Shown one piece after another: positions 43,402 through 53,086 of a DNA stretch of 64,000 nt. This DNA is from a virus. The first letter of the stretch is position 1, and each line of letters opens with the position of its first letter. Where the stretch lies: the IMG/VR virus record IMGVR_UViG_3300032282_005033, positions 15,501-79,500 of that record. The stretch is one strand, 5' to 3'. A model generated the notes under the pieces. The model saw nothing but the letters and a program-made list of their open reading frames with translations, had not been told where the DNA came from and did not search any database. A program made the translations under genes and the position numbers.

Positions 43402-44993
43402 TACGCACCTCTACCTGTTGATACGTTGAATGATATTTCTCTTAATGTTCTTGAAGAAATTAAAACTATACTAAAATATATTTTACTTTTTTCTTCTTTA
43501 TCTGCAAAAGCTTCTAATTTATAGTCTCTTATTATATCATTTTCTTTTAAGAATGAAAGTAATGTTTCTACTTTCGCAGTTGTTTTTGCGTAACTAAATT
43601 TACCTATTGAATTTTTTGCCATTGCCTGGACCTCTGCTATAACCATAGCGGCAAGTCTAATATTACTTGAATCCTTAAAATTATCACTTACAGATTGAGT
43701 ATAATCACTTGTCAGATAAGTATCATATGGACCAACTGTTTTTCTAGATCTACCACCTCTTACGATTGTATTAATATTTTTTGCATTCAATGCCCTAACC
43801 TGATCTACGTTTAAATTTGCTCCATGGATAGATAAAGCCGAAGGTATTTTTTGTTTGCTTAAACCTTTATTAACTTGATTCGAACACAACATGCCGGCAA
43901 CTGCTGCGGCTACAGAATTGCTATAACTTAACTGCATTTGTTTATGGGCAAAGATTGCCTCACCATAAACAAGTAATACATGCTTTCCAGTGTCCTTTGT
44001 TATATAACCATTTGTATCCACAACTGATTGAATGTCAAAATTTGTTGCCAATAGTTCTGTTACATCACTTGAACTGACGCCATCATTTTTTGATCCTGCT
44101 ATACCTATTGTTATTTCTCCAGTATTTTGTTGAATTTTATAACAAAAATTAGCTAATTGTTTTACAAAATTAACTCCACCAGTATTTACTATACTTATCT
44201 CAAGCGGAACAATAACATCTAAAAACTCATACTCTTCTAACAGCTTATAGCATTGTGACAATCTATCATAATAAGATTCATAAAAAGAATATGTTTCATT
44301 AAGTGAATCTTTAAATATCTTAATATTTCTTTCAGAAACCTTACTTACATACTCACTCATATAACCAGCAGACATTACGTATATGTCACGCGCTCCGCAA
44401 GAATAAGCATCAAATACACCTCTAAGTAAGGGTGAATTCATATCTCCTCTTAACAAATCTATTGCATTTTGCATTGAAACAATTTTTTGTATGCCATAAG
44501 GTTCCATTGCATCAGTGTGACCTATGAGCATTAGATTATTGGTGTCAAATTGGCCCATTTGTCTATACTTTGATTTTGGATTTAATGCTACAGTTTTATC
44601 AACAAGTCCATACGTTGGTTCGGCATATATACTGTACCCTGTTTTATTCTCTAAATTTATTTCTTTTAGATCAGTTACTCCATTAACTTTAGTGTTAATG
44701 CCAATGGTGTATACACCATCAAATAAATTTAGAGGAACCTTTATATTTAATTCGTATGAACCTTCTGATATTCTTTCAACATAATCTGTTTCACTAAAAT
44801 ATTGTATTAAAGTGGGAGATGCTGCTGTAGCTTTTTCAACACTATATATGTAAGGACCAAGTATTCTTGCTCCAGTGCTGTTGAATCCTCTATTTAAATA
44901 AATGTTTATTTCAGAACTTGGATCTAAATATTCATATCCATCTTTATATACAAATGGTATTTTAACGAATAAACCGGGAGATGCTATTAACAT
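43401..44993 (-). CDS. Second sheath-like protein with an N-terminal Ig-like extension
   Basis: LMLIGHTD, LLRGVFDAYSCGARDIYVM, AAAVAGML, SNIRLAAMVI and SSRTLREISFNV parallel the sheath at 41307..42575. Confidence 0.7.
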   Translation of the reverse strand: MLIASPGLFVKIPFVYKDGYEYLDPSSEINIYLNRGFNSTGARILGPYIYSVEKATAASPTLIQYFSETDYVERISEGSYELNIKVPLNLFDGVYTIGINTKVNGVTDLKEINLENKTGYSIYAEPTYGLVDKTVALNPKSKYRQMGQFDTNNLMLIGHTDAMEPYGIQKIVSMQNAIDLLRGDMNSPLLRGVFDAYSCGARDIYVMSAGYMSEYVSKVSERNIKIFKDSLNETYSFYESYYDRLSQCYKLLEEYEFLDVIVPLEISIVNTGGVNFVKQLANFCYKIQQNTGEITIGIAGSKNDGVSSSDVTELLATNFDIQSVVDTNGYITKDTGKHVLLVYGEAIFAHKQMQLSYSNSVAAAVAGMLCSNQVNKGLSKQKIPSALSIHGANLNVDQVRALNAKNINTIVRGGRSRKTVGPYDTYLTSDYTQSVSDNFKDSSNIRLAAMVIAEVQAMAKNSIGKFSYAKTTAKVETLLSFLKENDIIRDYKLEAFADKEEKSKIYFSIVLISSRTLREISFNVSTGRGA

Positions 44994-44996
44994 AAA

Positions 44997-45377
44997 TTAA
45001 CTCGATGGACTTTCTTTAGTTGCTCCAACCGTCCAATAATGGATTTCCCCAAGTCTTCCTCTAACTGGGTAACATTCTTCTATTACATAGATAATGTAGT
45101 CATTTAACCCTGCTGGAGAGCTTTCATATATTCTATCACCAGAATTTGGATTAATTGAACTTTCAAAATAATAAATTCTATCTGAATTAATTATTATTCC
45201 TTCTATTTCCTCTTCTTTTGTTGAAGCTAAATACCTAGAAGCTGCCGTTATATGCCTAGTTGTCACTCTTTCAAATCGGTCAGAATATAGACCATCATCA
45301 GATAATCTTCTTTGCAACAGTACGTCATGGCCCCATTCTCTCAATATTTTTTTAAATATAGATTTTGAATTAATCAT
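44997..45377 (-). CDS. Putative head-closure/neck protein
   Basis: 126 aa; ILREWGHDVLLQRR...YYFESSINPNSGDRIYE beta-barrel pattern; position in the neck region. Confidence 0.5.
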   Translation of the reverse strand: MINSKSIFKKILREWGHDVLLQRRLSDDGLYSDRFERVTTRHITAASRYLASTKEEEIEGIIINSDRIYYFESSINPNSGDRIYESSPAGLNDYIIYVIEECYPVRGRLGEIHYWTVGATKESPSS

Positions 45378-46263
45378 ACTGCCTTAATCTTCTGTCGTTT
45401 GTAGTATCATCTTGGGCGACATAAGCTCTTCCAACAGAGTACATATCTTTGCTAATAAGATAAATTCTCTTTCCAGTTCCAGGGTCTCTTTCTGTAAGAG
45501 TAACTTTTCTCTTTGGAAGACCTTTTGGAAGTACGCCTTTCATGTTTACTTTTCTTGCTATGACTTCTCTTCTAAGGGAAGCGGCTATTTGACACCATGT
45601 TGTTGCGTTTGATCTTGTAGCTATCTGCCTTGGTGCTGATCTGTTAACTATTTCTAAATCTCCCAATTTCAAAGATAATTCATCATCTCCACCAAATCCA
45701 TATGTTCTGCTTAGATCGCATGCTGAAGCAGCTTTAACATAATCTAATATTATATAAGGAAAAGTCCCTGGGTCTTCTGTCCCATCAAAATGATACATTT
45801 CTTGTATTTCTAAAGAATGGTTATAAACTATTTCACCTATTTCTATTAAAGATGCTTCTGGAAATATTGGTGCCAACTCTTCTGGATCAAGATAAAGCGG
45901 GCTAACATCTGGTGCAAAAACTATTGTTTCATCAGATCTAAGTGTTACCGTGGGCTTATATTCTGTGGTAGAGGTGTTGGCATATATGTTCATCCTGGAC
46001 ACAATGCTTCTATTAGCCACCGTAGTACCAGTAAAAGAAACTGCATAAGCCCCCGGCAAAGCGGGCGTGAATTCATAGTACCAATCTGAAGAGGTTACTT
46101 GGACTGCTAGTTCATCATCTATGACTGGTATTTCGTCAGAATTAACTATACGCACGACAACGGATACCACATTAGCTTCTATTTGGTTGCCATTAGAGTC
46201 TTGATCAAAAAATTTAATCTTTAATTTAACCCTGTCATTTACCAGCACATTATTAATAGTCAT
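45370..46263 (-). CDS. Putative head-tail adaptor with an N-terminal Ig-like domain
   Basis: N-terminal Ig-like region (WYYEFTPALPGAYAVSFTG); C-terminal helical adaptor-like region (YVKAASACDL...LKLGDLEI). Confidence 0.5.
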   Translation of the reverse strand: MTINNVLVNDRVKLKIKFFDQDSNGNQIEANVVSVVVRIVNSDEIPVIDDELAVQVTSSDWYYEFTPALPGAYAVSFTGTTVANRSIVSRMNIYANTSTTEYKPTVTLRSDETIVFAPDVSPLYLDPEELAPIFPEASLIEIGEIVYNHSLEIQEMYHFDGTEDPGTFPYIILDYVKAASACDLSRTYGFGGDDELSLKLGDLEIVNRSAPRQIATRSNATTWCQIAASLRREVIARKVNMKGVLPKGLPKRKVTLTERDPGTGKRIYLISKDMYSVGRAYVAQDDTTNDRRLRQYD

Positions 46264-46303
46264 TTTTGCTCCATTTTAAAAAATATACTTAATAGTAGCG
46301 ATT

Positions 46304-46591
46304 TTATGGATTTATTATAACTTGGTTTTCACCGACTACAGCTACTGACTCAAGAGCCATAAAGGCTTCAATTTGGTTATCCAATATTTCGATAACTATA
46401 GTTCCTTGGCTCATAACTTCCAAACTTGTAATCCCTATCGTTGTTAAATTTGAATAATCTTCAAAAGTTTTGTAAAAAACAGTTATATTATTTAATGTGA
46501 TTGGATTTTGCAAACTTGGTGCGTAAATAAGCACCGTGCCATTATAGCTTGTAAATGGTTCATTATATGATATAGGTTCGTTATACAGCAT
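46304..46591 (-). CDS. Small putative virion protein (YNEP/YNG repeats)
   Basis: MLYNEPISYNEPFTSYNG; located downstream of the late-promoter motif. Confidence 0.55.
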   Translation of the reverse strand: MLYNEPISYNEPFTSYNGTVLIYAPSLQNPITLNNITVFYKTFEDYSNLTTIGITSLEVMSQGTIVIEILDNQIEAFMALESVAVVGENQVIINP

Positions 46592-46616
46592 GGTTTAGCT
46601 TTCTGGGATCCTAGCT

Positions 46617-46626
46617 ATATAGTAAT
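46617..46626 (-). promoter_or_regulatory. Putative late promoter motif ATTACTATAT
   Basis: Exact repeat of the 10-mer at the boundary between the oxygenase island and the neck genes. Confidence 0.6.
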
Positions 46627-46636
46627 AATAAAAGTG

Positions 46637-47431
46637 TTATTCTAATCCAACGTCTTTTTTAAGATTTAATAACCAGATTCTATGATCAGATTCAATCGGC
46701 TTTGGACTAAAATGCTCTGGGGTACCATAAAGACATGCTCCTAGGTAGGCTATTCTTTTACCTTTTAATACAGGAGCAACTTCGTGTGTACCAATAAAAT
46801 TAGCTGGGTATATCAATATATCGCCCATTTTTGGTTTATGTTTATATTTTGCATATTTAAAATATATATCACCGCCAGTATAAGTGGTCCCATCTAAACT
46901 CGACTCTTCTTCAACCCCAGTATTTAAATATATATTTATACTTAATTTACTGTGTTTAGGGTATTCATTTCTTGATACACTAGAAAATTCATAGGAAATT
47001 TGATCGTCACAATGTGGACCTATCTGCTGGCCATCTGTATAGGTAGCTATATGGCCAGGTATTCTCCACCAACAAACAGTTGCTGCTTCTGGATAAAGTT
47101 TACAGTATTCAACTAGCACATCATACATTAAAAGTTCTAGCTGATTAATTAATTCTATTTGTTCTTTTGTTGGTTTTCTATCTGACATCCTACAGAGTGG
47201 ATCTATGAATCTTTCAGGGGCTAAAGAAACACTATTGACATCAAATCTAAAACCGGTTTTATTTACTGCAAAGGTTTTTCCATTTTCCTCTACATATGTA
47301 AAAGTATTCTCTTCTTCTTGCTTAAGCCATTCTATGTATTCAAATAAAAATTTTTGATTTATATCAAAGGTATTTTCAAACAGAACAAGACCGCAACCTT
47401 TATCTTGAATTATTAATTTATTTTTATTCAT
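46637..47431 (-). CDS. 2OG-Fe(II) oxygenase, prolyl-4-hydroxylase-like
   Basis: HCD...IYLN...YTGG...THEV...KR motifs. Confidence 0.9.
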   Translation of the reverse strand: MNKNKLIIQDKGCGLVLFENTFDINQKFLFEYIEWLKQEEENTFTYVEENGKTFAVNKTGFRFDVNSVSLAPERFIDPLCRMSDRKPTKEQIELINQLELLMYDVLVEYCKLYPEAATVCWWRIPGHIATYTDGQQIGPHCDDQISYEFSSVSRNEYPKHSKLSINIYLNTGVEEESSLDGTTYTGGDIYFKYAKYKHKPKMGDILIYPANFIGTHEVAPVLKGKRIAYLGACLYGTPEHFSPKPIESDHRIWLLNLKKDVGLE

Positions 47432-47439
47432 ATATCCTT

Positions 47440-48321
47440 TTAATAATTTGAATTAGTAATATGGTATTGATAGGAAGTATCTAAATATCCTTTAGATTTT
47501 AAATATGCCCTATAGTCTTCGGTGAGCGTTGGCATGTAGAGATTCGTAGCATATTTTGCCAATTCCGGCTCTTTTATTGGATCAACTACATTTTCATTTA
47601 CTTCTGGGTTTGGAGTTCCATGACTATACCAACCCAAATAGGTAAATCTACTTCCACCTTTAATTGACTTTACCTCATGAGCTGCCATAAAGTTTGAGGG
47701 GAAAAACATTATATCTCCCTTTTTTGGTTTATAGTCAATGTCTAAATAATTAAAATAATGATGTCCTTCAACAAAATTTTTTCCGTTTAGTTCCTCTTCT
47801 GAATCAACAGAATCATTAAAATAAATTATTACACTAATAATATTTCTAGTAGCCAATTGGTCTGGCGGAATTCTTATTCCATATATATAATCTGCGCTTA
47901 CGTCTGAATGTGATCCTAAAAAAACATCTTTTTCATAAGAAACAATATGGCTTTTTACTTTCCACCATACGCATTTAAATGCTAATGGAAACAATTCAAA
48001 ATATTTATATAGATATTCATCTTTTGTTTTTTCTAAAAAAGAAAGTAATTCTACTACTTCTGGTCTTTGGTCCCTATGTATTGCGGAACCTCTGCCTGGC
48101 ATTTTTTCAACGCTATCTTTATGAAAAAAATATCCACTTTTATTTATATAAATTTCATTATTAGTCTCTGGGTCTATCGTTAGCGAGTACATTGCGTCAC
48201 GTTCTTTTTGAACTGCTTCTTTAGAAAAATTATAAACATAATCAAAGTCTATATCAATAGCGTCCCTAAATAAGACAACCCCACCACCTAAATGTTCTGC
48301 TTCTGCGTCTTTATTTATCAT
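47440..48321 (-). CDS. 2OG-Fe(II) oxygenase, prolyl-4-hydroxylase-like
   Basis: HSD...IYFND...FPSNFMAAHEV...SRF motifs. Confidence 0.9.
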   Translation of the reverse strand: MINKDAEAEHLGGGVVLFRDAIDIDFDYVYNFSKEAVQKERDAMYSLTIDPETNNEIYINKSGYFFHKDSVEKMPGRGSAIHRDQRPEVVELLSFLEKTKDEYLYKYFELFPLAFKCVWWKVKSHIVSYEKDVFLGSHSDVSADYIYGIRIPPDQLATRNIISVIIYFNDSVDSEEELNGKNFVEGHHYFNYLDIDYKPKKGDIMFFPSNFMAAHEVKSIKGGSRFTYLGWYSHGTPNPEVNENVVDPIKEPELAKYATNLYMPTLTEDYRAYLKSKGYLDTSYQYHITNSNY

Positions 48322-49234
48322 TCAGTAATTCCTTTTGTGTGTCTGCACTATTATAGCTTCTACTTGTGGGTTGCAATAGTTTTGCTAATAATTCTTGACT
48401 TTTGCCTTTGTATTTTTCTTTAACAAAATTAATGTACTGCTCAACTATTTCTGGCATCCAAATTTGACCCTGGTTTCCCACTGGTATATTTTCTTTAGTT
48501 ATATCTATGCCTCTTTCTTTGTGGATGGACCCTTGAGAATAATACCCGATGTATGCATACCTATTTCCATCCTTGCACTCGTGTACTTGATGTGAGGCAA
48601 TGTAATTAGATGGAAACATTAGTAAATCTCCAGCTTTTGGAGTGTACTTAACACCTATATATGGGAATTCTATTTCTCCACCAACATATTCGTCATTTAT
48701 AATTTTATCTTTTGATTCAACTGAGGAATTAAAATAAAGTATAGAACCAAGAACACTTCTAGTGGCAACCTGCAAATCTGGTTCAAAACCCGGTTGATAA
48801 TTAACGTCGTTATCGCTATGAAGACCCATACTACTGGAAGGTCCATATGCCAAAATATGACCTTGTGTTCTCCACCAAAGACTTGGAAGAACCATCGGAT
48901 AAATTGATATATATTCAAGTAAACAACTTCTAAATGCCAATTCACAATTAATAAAAAAATTAACTATTTTTGGATCAGTATTTTGAAGTAAAAAATTCAT
49001 TATGTGACTAGAACTTTTTTCTATATCTTCTATAGCGTATCTATGCCCGCTTCTATTAATAGCGTATAATCCATTGCCTAGTTCATCTTTTATAATAACA
49101 TAGTCTTCTTTAACTGCCTTATTTTTTAAAGATTTTATAAAGGGAATTATTTCAGTATGATTTTCCATAGAAATAACTTTTTCAAAAAGAACAATTCCAC
49201 TACCCAATTGTTTTGGAGTAATACTATTTAACAT
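48311..49234 (-). CDS. 2OG-Fe(II) oxygenase, prolyl-4-hydroxylase-like
   Basis: HSD...YFN...YVGGEIEF...SHQV...NRY motifs. Confidence 0.9.
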   Translation of the reverse strand: MLNSITPKQLGSGIVLFEKVISMENHTEIIPFIKSLKNKAVKEDYVIIKDELGNGLYAINRSGHRYAIEDIEKSSSHIMNFLLQNTDPKIVNFFINCELAFRSCLLEYISIYPMVLPSLWWRTQGHILAYGPSSSMGLHSDNDVNYQPGFEPDLQVATRSVLGSILYFNSSVESKDKIINDEYVGGEIEFPYIGVKYTPKAGDLLMFPSNYIASHQVHECKDGNRYAYIGYYSQGSIHKERGIDITKENIPVGNQGQIWMPEIVEQYINFVKEKYKGKSQELLAKLLQPTSRSYNSADTQKELLNDK

Positions 49235-49235
49235 C

Positions 49236-50339
49236 TCATATCCTTATTGGATCAGTGCCACACGGTCCTTCTGGAAGATTTTCATCTGGCTTGTCTTCAT
49301 TTGTTGACTCTTCTATTTCTATAGCGTCGTGCGACGTGCTATATTGAGCCACTTCTCTGCCCTGATACACTGGATTCCAACCTAATTCTACGTTATTTTT
49401 TTCTGGATCTGAATAAATTGAATATTCAGATTTGCAATATTTTTCGTAATCATCATAAATATTATTTAACCAAACTGGAGGACACCATTGATAACTTTCC
49501 TCTGGTTCAACAACCATAATATTTGCATTTTTATCATTAGCTCCCTGTCCAAAAAAAGTTAAATAACTATATCTAACACCTTTGCCCATTTGCTCAACAT
49601 CATGTGATGCAACATAATTTGTTGGAAAAAATATTATGTCACCTTTTCTTGGTTTATAGGAAATTCCTAAGTGAACAAAACGTAAATTGCCTTTAGTAAA
49701 ATTTTTTCCGTTTAATTCTTCTTCAGAATCAACATGATCATTAAGATAGATTAATGCTCCACAAGTTTGTCTTGATGCAACCATACCCTTTGGCATATAG
49801 CGTACACCACCTGTAACTTTATAGTTAGTATCGTTGTCGGCATGACACCCTAGTCTTCCACCATCTCCATATCTAAGAACATGCCCTCTAGTCTTCCACC
49901 ATATGCTGCCCAGCATGAGTGGATAATGATCGATATACTTAATCAGGCATTTATATATTTGCTCTTCAATGTAGTAGAAAAAATCAGTAACCTCTTTAGG
50001 GGTAGCTATGGTGACTGGATCCAGCAGTCTTACTGGTGCAGCTGGTACATCTTCCATCCTATATCTAAATCCATCTTCATTTACACCCATTGTTACGCCA
50101 TCTACATCAATATAAGTCCATCTCGTGCTATGTGCTTCTTCTGCTTTTCCGTCTATGTGAGATAGTATTATGTCTTGATTTATATCAAAAGCATTTCTAA
50201 AGACTACTACACCTGGTCCCAAAATTTCCGTTTCAATAGAAGCTATTTCTTTTATGATTTCGTTATTTACTTCTGGTGTTGATGGAAACGCAATTTTATT
50301 TGCTTGATCATTTTCTATTTGAGTTTGGAAATAACTCAT
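49236..50339 (-). CDS. 2OG-Fe(II) oxygenase, prolyl-4-hydroxylase-like
   Basis: HAD...IYLND...FPTNYVASHDV...VRY motifs. Confidence 0.9.
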   Translation of the reverse strand: MSYFQTQIENDQANKIAFPSTPEVNNEIIKEIASIETEILGPGVVVFRNAFDINQDIILSHIDGKAEEAHSTRWTYIDVDGVTMGVNEDGFRYRMEDVPAAPVRLLDPVTIATPKEVTDFFYYIEEQIYKCLIKYIDHYPLMLGSIWWKTRGHVLRYGDGGRLGCHADNDTNYKVTGGVRYMPKGMVASRQTCGALIYLNDHVDSEEELNGKNFTKGNLRFVHLGISYKPRKGDIIFFPTNYVASHDVEQMGKGVRYSYLTFFGQGANDKNANIMVVEPEESYQWCPPVWLNNIYDDYEKYCKSEYSIYSDPEKNNVELGWNPVYQGREVAQYSTSHDAIEIEESTNEDKPDENLPEGPCGTDPIRI

Positions 50340-50956
50340 CCCAACATCTCCTCAATTGCTTCTGTTATTGTCCAACCAGCTCCCATAACTCTTGGCTCTT
50401 CATCTAGTGGACCATCCTGCCAATTAAATCTTGTTATCATAACACCTTGTTGACTAACCAAAAACTTTTCGTAACTGTGTGGTATTCTTGCTATTGCTTG
50501 GCCAACCAAATTTTGACCGTCTACTGCTTCCTTGCTACCATCGGCTGTTGTATCAGAATACCCTCTTCTTTCTGGGCCCTTAAAAAAAGTATACAAAGGA
50601 TGTTCATTTTTTCCATTAACTTCTATTTTTTCTGAAATTGGAAAAGTAACGAAAGGATAAGCTTCTTTTATAAAAGCTTCTATTTCAAAATTTTCTTTTG
50701 GTTCCTGTTTACCAAATTGATTACATGGTGCCCCAACAACAGAAAACCCTCTTTCCTTAAACATATCATGAACCTGCTGGAGTTCCCATAAATACTTACA
50801 AGTTCTTGCGTATGACCAGGTCACACTACATTGTGGTGTGTAGCCTAATTTTGATGCAATATTGGTAAATAAAGTTAACTTCCCTTTAACTGTTTGCATT
50901 ATGTCGTATGCTCCATTTATTGACATGAGCGGGATTTCATAGGCTGAATTATTCAT
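50336..50956 (-). CDS. Glutathione peroxidase-family protein with a degenerate active site
   Basis: GKLTLFTNIASKLG, GAPCNQFGKQEP, KIEVNGKNEHPLY and EKFLV are GPx motifs. The usual ASKCG cysteine is Leu and WNF is HSY. Likely start ATG 50956. Confidence 0.85.
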   Translation of the reverse strand: MNNSAYEIPLMSINGAYDIMQTVKGKLTLFTNIASKLGYTPQCSVTWSYARTCKYLWELQQVHDMFKERGFSVVGAPCNQFGKQEPKENFEIEAFIKEAYPFVTFPISEKIEVNGKNEHPLYTFFKGPERRGYSDTTADGSKEAVDGQNLVGQAIARIPHSYEKFLVSQQGVMITRFNWQDGPLDEEPRVMGAGWTITEAIEEMLG

Positions 50957-51251
50957 ACTTAACACACTCTACTAACATTTCCGAAAAATTTCCAATATTT
51001 AATTTTGCTAAAAAAGTTTGGTCATTAAGGTAATTTTTTTTAGAAAATGATAATATTACCTTTGTTCTCATTGGTGTTTCAATATCTGCTGCCAAAACCA
51101 ATTGTTCACCTGAATTTATTTCAGTTAAAATTACTGACCCTTTATTATTTGAAACAGTTGCTGATATTAGATTGTTTTCCTCAGTAACTAACATATCATA
51201 GACTTCTTGGCCTAACGGATTTGAAACTGTAGTTTTCCACTTTGTTTTCAT
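50949..51251 (-). CDS. Hypothetical small beta-rich protein (100 aa), probably translated from a leaderless mRNA
   Basis: WKTTVSNPLGQE...; the ATG lies 7 nt after a TATAAT box and has no RBS. Confidence 0.6.
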   Translation of the reverse strand: MKTKWKTTVSNPLGQEVYDMLVTEENNLISATVSNNKGSVILTEINSGEQLVLAADIETPMRTKVILSFSKKNYLNDQTFLAKLNIGNFSEMLVECVKYE

Positions 51252-51258
51252 AATTATA

Positions 51259-51269
51259 ATTATATCACA
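51259..51269 (-). promoter_or_regulatory. Extended -10 promoter TGTGATATAAT
   Basis: Overlaps the methyltransferase stop codon; spacing puts the predicted transcription start at the ATG at 51251. Confidence 0.55.
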
Positions 51270-51931
51270 TCACCTTTGTTAAATGTAACAATGATTGATT
51301 TTGCTTTAAAATCTGAGTCATAAGAGTTAACTTTAAAAAAATTTAAATTATATACAATATTATTTTTTTTTAAGTTTGAAAATATTTTTTCAAATTTATC
51401 TTGAATAAAATGATCTTCTTTTATTGAGAATGTGGCTAAACCATTTGGTTTTAAGTATTTTAATAAATTAACCATATCCCTTGCGTACAAATGACCCAAT
51501 GTAAACGTACCAGCGCTCACAAAACAATCGTAATAGTTTTCGTTTATAAATTTTGGATTTGTCAAATCATCTAAAATCATTACTTTATAAATTGGAATAA
51601 AATCTTTTGTTTTTATAGATGTTATCCTCAACATAGATGAAGATATATCTACTCCATCTATATGAAGATTTTTTTTAAATTCAATTATTTCAGAACCCAA
51701 TAAACCAGTACCACAACCTATGTCTAATATTTTTAAATTATTAATTTGTGATGTATTAAATTGAGAAAGTAATTCAACAAATATTTTAGCTACGCTATGT
51801 GGTAGGGTGTATTTAACGTCTTTTGTATAATTATCGTAATCTTTTGCCCAATCATTATAATAGTTTTTTACGTCTTCAGAAGTTTGATACTGATAAACAT
51901 TATTTACATTATAATCATCTGGCGTTTTCAT
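51260..51931 (-). CDS. Class I SAM-dependent methyltransferase (METTL27/WBSCR27-like)
   Basis: YNDWAKDYD, ILDIGCGTGLLG, GVDISSSML, SAGTFTLGH and LKPNG motifs. Confidence 0.9.
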   Translation of the reverse strand: MKTPDDYNVNNVYQYQTSEDVKNYYNDWAKDYDNYTKDVKYTLPHSVAKIFVELLSQFNTSQINNLKILDIGCGTGLLGSEIIEFKKNLHIDGVDISSSMLRITSIKTKDFIPIYKVMILDDLTNPKFINENYYDCFVSAGTFTLGHLYARDMVNLLKYLKPNGLATFSIKEDHFIQDKFEKIFSNLKKNNIVYNLNFFKVNSYDSDFKAKSIIVTFNKGDVI

Positions 51932-51933
51932 AA

Positions 51934-53043
51934 TTAATAACTGTGTATGAAAGCTGAAAACTCTTCTTCGGAATCTCCAAGGTTTTCAAACTCTATTGTT
52001 CCCATTTCTTCAAATTTTCTACGCAACCAAGCGCCGTTTCTATCTAACAGTCCTAACTTACTAACATTTGGAACAATCTTAGCTGCAAGCATTTTTCTAA
52101 TCCAAGCTTGAGCTGGATCCTTCAATAAGAACGGCGCAATGTCTTTTGTCTTGACGCCCATTTTTTCATACACTTCTTGTTGCAACATTCTTTCGCCAAG
52201 CTTAATGCTAGCTTCGTAGGCAAATTGTTGACGTTCCATAATCTCAGCATCGGTCATTTCTGCATATATTTCTTTAAGAGAAATTACACCAAATGATATA
52301 TGTCTAGCCTCATCTGCCATTACATTTCTAAGCAATTGCTTAAGAAGTGGCTCGTTGGTTAGTTCTCGCATATACGCCATTGAAGCTAATCCTAGACCTT
52401 CAACCATTATTTGCATACCCAAATAAGTCATGTCCCAACGGTTGTCAGATATTGTGTCGTCTATCAGGCTTTGAATATGCCAGTTAAATGGAAGTGTTCC
52501 ACCCAATTTTTCATCTGCGTACTTAGCAAATACTTCTACGTGCCTTGCTTCATCCATAACTTGAGTTGAGGCATATAGTTTTCCATCATACCATGGGCAT
52601 GTTTGAGTCAACTTTGCAGAACATATTAAAGCACCTTGTTCACCGTGTATGAATTGGGATATCATCCACTTTCTGCTTTCAATGCCAAATTGAAGCCACT
52701 CTTTGTCTCCCCAATTTTCAACAGGGCTACCTTTATATATTGACATCTCTCTACTTGAACCAAAGTTAGCATAGTCTTCAACTACAGATTTTTCTATATC
52801 TACGTCTATAGTCCAATCTAACGCGGTTTCACCATTCCACTGGTTATTCTTTGCTTTTTCATATAACTTTCTAAGTTGATTTCTAACAAGAGAATAATCC
52901 CATGTAAAAATAACATCACTATTATTTTTAACCACATGATCAACAGCTTTAAAATCTACTTCTGGGGCATTGAGAATTGGGTCTATGTCATTTATTTTAA
53001 TGTTATTAATAAATTCTTTGTATGTGTCTTTTGTAACAGTCAT
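51934..53043 (-). CDS. Ferritin-like diiron oxygenase (AurF-like family)
   Basis: HGEQGAL, DEARH, VEGLG and DEARH give two ExxH pairs; FTWDY...LYEKAK..QW N-terminal signature. Confidence 0.85.
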   Translation of the reverse strand: MTVTKDTYKEFINNIKINDIDPILNAPEVDFKAVDHVVKNNSDVIFTWDYSLVRNQLRKLYEKAKNNQWNGETALDWTIDVDIEKSVVEDYANFGSSREMSIYKGSPVENWGDKEWLQFGIESRKWMISQFIHGEQGALICSAKLTQTCPWYDGKLYASTQVMDEARHVEVFAKYADEKLGGTLPFNWHIQSLIDDTISDNRWDMTYLGMQIMVEGLGLASMAYMRELTNEPLLKQLLRNVMADEARHISFGVISLKEIYAEMTDAEIMERQQFAYEASIKLGERMLQQEVYEKMGVKTKDIAPFLLKDPAQAWIRKMLAAKIVPNVSKLGLLDRNGAWLRRKFEEMGTIEFENLGDSEEEFSAFIHSY

Positions 53044-53063
53044 TTAAATCTCCAATAAAGTAT

Positions 53064-53084
53064 ATTCTATCATAAGATAGTAAT
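53064..53084 (-). promoter_or_regulatory. Tandem promoter elements: ATTACTATCT (late-like) and TATGATAGAAT (extended -10)
   Basis: Both lie in the 43-nt gap upstream of the diiron gene, followed by a GGAG RBS. Confidence 0.45.
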
Positions 53085-53086
53085 AT

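Noticed and set aside
50840-50860. Selenocysteine in the GPx homolog
   Set aside because: The codon is TTA, not TGA, so it cannot be called Sec from this sequence.
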